A DNA stretch of 55,322 nt, filler included, from Bipalium vagum (taxonomy: Eukaryota): NCBI GenBank assembly GCA_037834085.1. It is 2 parts of 2 records of this genome, joined end to end, with 100 filler letters (N's around TTAATTAATTAA, not from the genome) between each part and the next. Parts side by side here need not be neighbours in the genome. Positions count along the whole stretch, not along the records: positions 28,830 to 55,322 come from JBBMKC010143832.1; 1 more part is not named here. One strand, given 5' to 3'. Numbering within the stretch: position 1 is the first letter of the stretch; every line of letters begins with the position of its first letter. The notes below the pieces were generated by a model. The model searched no databases. It was not told the DNA's origin and saw only the letters and a list, made by a program, of their open reading frames with translations. Below are positions 54,001-55,322 of this stretch, piece by piece. A program made the position numbers and the translations under genes.

Positions 54001-55249
54001 AAAATATTTTTAAAATAAAAATAATGATTTCAGATTTTTTCGTTCAAAAAAAAATTAATACCTTAAAAAATTAGAAAACAAATATTTATACTTTTAAGGT
54101 AATCCTTTAAAAAAACGTTAAATATTGATGAGCATAATGATTTTTAATTGACTTTAAAAATCAATAAAATATTTCATTTGTTCCAATACATTTACTAGGC
54201 CATATTGGTATTTTTTCCTAAAGTTGTATTACCAATATTCTCATTTTTTAGGGTATAAGATTTTATGTAAATTAAAATAAAACCTGAAAAAACTTATTTT
54301 GAATCAATCGTAGAACATGTTATTTTTAGACTTTTCTTAATTTTATAATCGCCTTACATGTTCCAGCATCCTGTTTAATAATTTTTTAATAATACTTAAT
54401 TAACATACTTAACACATAATTATTAAGATTGGCATTGGTTTGACTGAAGAATTTAATTGAAGTATTTCATTTCAGAACAGTGAAGTTTAAGATATAATTT
54501 CAAATGCAGCACCTTTCCTTTATCTTTATTTTTTAGAAGTAATCAAAATGGTAATTAAAATAAAAATCGTTGTTTAAAAATCATTTTAAAAATGTGTGTA
54601 TATCTCTGTTTAGAATTTAGTTTTCAAACTTAAATAAATATCCTAATTTTTAAATTATCCCTTTTTCAAATGACTCCCTTCTTTACAAAAAAAAACAATA
54701 CATTTAAGACGCCTTCCAACCCCAATGAAAATATTATTAAATAAACAATAAAGAACATTAAACTAGGAAACAATGTTTGAATAAATATTCTCTGGTTGTA
54801 AAATTCTATAAAATCCCTTAATAGACAGATTTTCTGATATCTAATTATCTTTCGCTCTGAACCGAAATTAATTTTTAATTAATAGAATATATTTACGTAT
54901 TTACAGACACGGGAATAAATTTGTGTCACCTACATCAAAATCATCAAAAATTATGTTCTCATAACTGATTATAATCATATTTTATATGTCTTGGTATTGA
55001 TATAATTAATAGTGTAACTTTAACAATATTAAGTAGAAATTGATTTTCATTATGATTTATAATGATAAAGGTTAATTCCGAGAATATGTGAACTAAAAGA
55101 TTTTGACCTTTAAAATAAAAATACAGATTTATAGCAAAAAATGCTTCAAACTGAACAAAAAATTATTTTAATCAGATTCATAAAAATTGAAATTTAGAGA
55201 TTTTTTATATTCATTTTCCTTTTTAAAAACGTTGAAAAGACTTAGAATT

Positions 55250-55250
<1 letters not shown>

Positions 55251-55322
<72 letters not shown>
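55251..55322. repeat. (AAT)n microsatellite running off the window end
   Basis: Direct inspection. Confidence 0.95.

Overview
Very AT-rich eukaryotic (animal) genomic DNA, not prokaryotic. It has GT-AG introns of 45-80 nt mixed with kb-long TE-filled introns, (ATT)n microsatellites and many mariner relics. This resembles a triclad flatworm, but the taxon is an inference. By manual splicing I reconstruct five protein-coding genes, two of them absent from the ORF track: (1) the 5' end of a mitochondrial short-chain acyl-CoA dehydrogenase (ACADS-like, minus, 1-904); (2) a complete 14-exon L(3)mbt-like chromatin reader (3 MBT + C2HC zinc finger + SAM, minus, 1157-21860, 852 aa); (3) an RNF38/RNF44-like RING-H2 E3 ligase (plus, about 30.7-35.5 kb); (4) a 573-aa low-complexity orphan ORF (minus, 38467-40188); (5) the last two exons of AMMECR1 (minus, 50646-50978). 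The rest contains decayed Tc1/mariner, hAT, LINE and LTR-like elements, MITE-like inverted repeats and a 100-bp artificial scaffold gap. The most interesting signal is that the L3MBTL stop and the ACADS ATG are only 252 nt apart on the same strand. Between them lie AATAAA, a U-rich tract and an apparently unpaired 3' splice site about 100 nt downstream, which is the layout of an SL trans-spliced operon. All coordinates were counted by hand and all homology calls come from motif recognition, not database searches.
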